A stretch of DNA of 51,897 nucleotides, filler included, from Catajapyx aquilonaris (lineage: Eukaryota), in assembly GCA_000934665.2 (NCBI GenBank). It is 3 parts of 3 records of this genome, joined end to end, with 100 filler letters (N's around TTAATTAATTAA, not from the genome) between each part and the next. Parts side by side here need not be neighbours in the genome. Positions count along the whole stretch, not along the records: positions 34,678 to 51,897 come from JYFJ02007000.1; 2 more parts are not named here. One strand, written 5' to 3'. Of the stretch, positions 49,966 through 51,897 are shown one piece after another (position 1 is the stretch's first letter; every line of letters starts with the position of its first letter). Position numbers and translations under genes: made by a program. The notes beneath the pieces are model-generated. The model did not search any database, had not been told where the DNA came from, and saw only the letters and a program-made list of their open reading frames with translations.

Positions 49966-50401
49966 CGTAGTAGTTCTTCTTTTCTTCCAGTGGTATGTTA
50001 CCAGGAGGTGCCACCAAAAAGTCCTCCTCAACCACAGGAGCGTTAGAAGTCAAATCTTCCTTCCGGGCTTCCCTTGGCTCGTCTGCCCTCAGCCTCAGTG
50101 GTCTTTTCTCCAGCACTGTCACGAGTGGTTCGACCCCAGTGGTATCCACCAGCTGTATTCTGTCTGCAAACCGAATGGCCTCCTCCAGCCTGCGAATCCC
50201 AGCCACATTGGCAAAATCCACCAGAGACAGGCGCTCCAAGTGGTTGATAGTCTCTGAGCTGATCTTGGTAGCAGGGGGAAGGGCACCCAAATCCAGCTTC
50301 GGAGTGACTGGCTTCTCTGGTACCTTGCTCCTTGCTCTAAGTGAAGTACTAAAGCGCTGGTTGAAGGCAGTAAAAAATGCTGCAGATTTGAAACGCAGCA
50401 T
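49883..50401 (-). CDS. GATC: Glutamyl-tRNA(Gln) amidotransferase subunit C, mitochondrial; intronless, 172 aa
   Basis: Presequence-like MLRFKSAAFF... followed by HLERLSLVDF, RRLEEAIRFAD, VDTTGVEPL, LRADE, EEDFLVAPPGNIPL. Confidence 0.95.
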   Translation of the reverse strand: MLRFKSAAFFTAFNQRFSTSLRARSKVPEKPVTPKLDLGALPPATKISSETINHLERLSLVDFANVAGIRRLEEAIRFADRIQLVDTTGVEPLVTVLEKRPLRLRADEPREARKEDLTSNAPVVEEDFLVAPPGNIPLEEKKNYYDGGGVEEVSGGTVLANRSPSGTHGGSP

Positions 50402-50898
50402 TTCAGCTTACTCGGCACGCTTACTCCATAGAATGGATTACAGAATTACAGAACTTACAAAGGATTCTTCTACAAGACAAGAGTGTGCTGCGTTCAGAAA
50501 TACACTTGAGAGCATGGCGATGACGTCACTAAAATGCTAATATACACATAGCAGCTTCTTTAGCAGTAACTTTTGGTTGAACCCCTACTCGGCAGTTATT
50601 TTGGTTTGGGTATACATCGGAAATGTTATACATTCCATATTGAATCATGAAGGTACGTTATTACAGGCGCGATATCTCGTTGCAACGCAGATTAACTCTA
50701 TGTATGCTGAAAACCAGGCGGTATTACATAGCGTTTAGCAGTACAAGTAGCTGCTTTCGTGTCCGTCATATTTTATCCGGAATTTCTGAACGGTCCCTGT
50801 CAGCCCGGATAGAAGTGACGATCAGAGCGCGTCCTTTGATTGAACTTGAACCTTTTAGTGGAGGCCGCGTTACGTGTGCTAAAACTGGTTCGGCTAAA
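50402..50898. promoter_or_regulatory. Probable bidirectional promoter between GATC/POLG2 and PGAP1, with a palindromic CRE site
   Basis: Head-to-head AUGs with 497 nt between them. TGACGTCA at 50521-50528. Confidence 0.55.
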
Positions 50899-51324
50899 AT
50901 GGCCGTGGCCTTAGGTCCCTTGCTGGTGAAGGCGACGCGCAAGCTGGGATGGCTGGCCCTGCACGGAGTTGTGGGGATCCTCCTCTGCCTAGGGACCTAC
51001 GATCTGCTCACCAGCTACCCTGACAATGACTGCGAGATGACTTACATGTTCGAATATCCGCAATACGTCGTGAGTAGTTGTTCGAACACGCCTCACCTGC
51101 ACTTATTCACGTGTCACTGGGAGGTTAGCTGGTACCCGGTGTGTGACTGACTATACCTTTTTTTTTGCAGAGGATACCACTGGATGCGAATGTCACTCAG
51201 GCCTTTCCACGCTACAACCTTTATGCTTATTCAGAGGGGAAGTTCACAGAGAAACTTCGTGAAATGAAGTTTCAGGGGATACCAGTGTTGTTCATACCTG
51301 GGAATGCAGGTTCATACAAACAAG
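50899..51324 (+). CDS. PGAP1: GPI inositol-deacylase, 5' part (exons 50899-51069, 51171-51324; continues beyond the window)
   Basis: N-terminal TM, then NDCEMTYMFEYPQY, YNLYAYSEG, GIPVLFIPGNAGSYKQ. Confidence 0.93.
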
Positions 51325-51897
51325 GTATGTGGAGGGTTCACACAATGACAGGTAGCATTTTTTTTTTTTTGTCAATGTTAACACCGTACATGTAGTCCTG
51401 GGAAATAATTGGGAGATGGTAACTTCCTATATGATTATCACAAAAACTAATTCCCTACGGAATTGTAAAAAAAAAGGAAAGTAAGATCCAAGTAACGGAT
51501 AGAAATGACTGAAACAAGACTGGGCTGCGTAAGATCTTCAACCTTATGGATAAATGTAACCCAGAGATCTTACTTCCGCATTTTACACAATAATAATTAG
51601 ATTCGTATCATGGTGATGATCAAAGCGCCTTTGTCCATCAGCCATCCTAATGCTAATAAGCCAATCTGTGGACCATTAAAATAATATTCAAGCTACTCAG
51701 TAAATCGATGAACAAATTAATTAATTCAAGGATTATATTTATCCTTTATCCTTACTAAATATATTATATTATATATTATATTATATATTATATTATTATG
51801 TGTGAATTATTATAATGTGAAACATTTAACCTTCCAACCACTCAGCTAATCTATGAACCAATTTTGTTTATTTTTATCGTTTATTCTTATTATCATA

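Noticed and set aside
49966..50031. ORF-track start of POLG2 at TTG 50031 (and PGAP1 at 50647, GPCR at 3167)
   Set aside because: Homology and Kozak context point to the AUGs at 49965, 50899 and 3053.

Overview
Eukaryotic (very probably arthropod) nuclear DNA with GT-AG spliced genes. The window is not one contiguous locus. Two identical 100-nt spacers (N44-TTAATTAATTAA-N44, at 17230-17329 and 34578-34677) join three segments of about 17.2 kb. Segment 1 (1-17229) is a dense cluster of small, divergent-looking genes: a secreted coiled-coil protein running off the left edge, a divergent myosuppressin-receptor-like GPCR, three secreted single-V-Ig-domain genes with leader/intron/V structure, two tandem CYSTM-like Cys-rich tail-anchored genes, an orphan of about 400 aa, and an ATP synthase subunit c gene with an intronless CDS. 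It also holds many MITEs, a Helitron-like element and SINEs. Segment 2 (17330-34577) holds intronless NELF-C/D (TH1L), six-exon VIPAS39/Vps16B and the last exon of MUS81. Segment 3 (34678-51897) holds an orphan two-TM gene, the KDEL receptor, POLG2, GatC and the 5' part of PGAP1. The strongest finding is that the POLG2 start codon lies inside the GatC ORF on the same strand (83-nt overlap, +1 frame). Only one weak-context AUG lies in the 433 nt between the two starts, which is the signature of a dicistronic, leaky-scanning mRNA coupling mtDNA replication with mitochondrial Gln-tRNA synthesis. All exon models and homology calls were made by eye from splice signals, frame continuity and remembered family motifs; no searches were run.
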